A stretch of DNA of 64,000 bases. Source: a virus. Position numbers and translations under genes: made by a program. Shown piece after piece: positions 63,684-64,000 of the stretch. Location of the stretch: positions 38,224 to 102,223 of IMG/VR virus record IMGVR_UViG_3300032291_003205. One strand, given 5' to 3'. Numbering within the stretch: position 1 is the first letter of the stretch; every line of letters begins with the position of its first letter. The notes under the pieces were generated by a model. That model saw only the letters and a program-made list of their open reading frames with translations, was not told where the DNA came from and made no database searches.

Positions 63684-64000
63684 TGGATTTACTAACTAAA
63701 GCTCTATTAGAGGACCTGTTAGATACTCAAAAAACAGTGGCTATTTATGGGGGTGGTTTCAAACCACCTACTAAAGGTCATTTTTCTGTTGCTAAATTAA
63801 CTTTAGAACAATTTCCCGAAATCGATGAATTAAAAATATTTGTTGGTGGAGGTGTTAGAGATGGTATTACCCAAGACGAATCAATTAAAATTTGGGACAT
63901 CTATAAAAATTATTTATCACCTAAAGTTGATGTAGAGCCATCAGTTGCTCCTGTTAAATCAGTTTTAGGTTATGCTAAAGAAAATCCTGATACTAAAGTA
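63683..64000 (+). CDS. Cytidyltransferase-like (HxGH) nucleotidyltransferase, partial
   Basis: MDLLTKALLE...AIYGGGFKPPTKGHF; runs off the window. Confidence 0.75.
   Translation, partial: MDLLTKALLEDLLDTQKTVAIYGGGFKPPTKGHFSVAKLTLEQFPEIDELKIFVGGGVRDGITQDESIKIWDIYKNYLSPKVDVEPSVAPVKSVLGYAKENPDTKV

Overview
AT-rich 64 kb segment of a large, lytic-looking dsDNA tailed phage (myovirus-type baseplate genes). The host is most likely Bacteroidota, judged from TTG-N20-TATATT promoters, T9SS-type C-terminal signals and Bacteroidota-like lipoproteins. All credible genes are on the + strand and read in the standard code. Layout: (1) 1-6.7 kb, tandem LamG/ConA-like adhesin or tail-fibre genes; (2) 7-32 kb, accessory/early region with ThyA, an LpxH-like + GT2 pair, GNAT, Smr, a RadA-like ATPase, DUF932, many small ORFs and most copies of a conserved promoter, including an RNA ligase split in two by a GIY-YIG endonuclease plus a repeat-bounded mini-gene array; (3) 32.2-34.1 kb, seven tRNAs interleaved with five unexplained structured RNAs and a DIP1984-like coiled-coil gene; (4) 34.2-42 kb, a secreted cohesin/dockerin/T9SS + CsgG-like operon followed by holins and a GH19 endolysin; (5) 42-59 kb, late sigma-like factor, baseplate and tail genes; (6) 59-64 kb, GIY-YIG endonucleases, primase, PD-(D/E)XK nuclease, P-loop kinase and a partial nucleotidyltransferase. 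Best candidates for undescribed systems: the DIP1984-like protein with its repeat-containing ncRNA, the tRNA-punctuated pseudoknot RNAs, the cohesin-dockerin surface operon, and the split RNA ligase with its cassette array. All family calls and folds are by eye; no searches were run.
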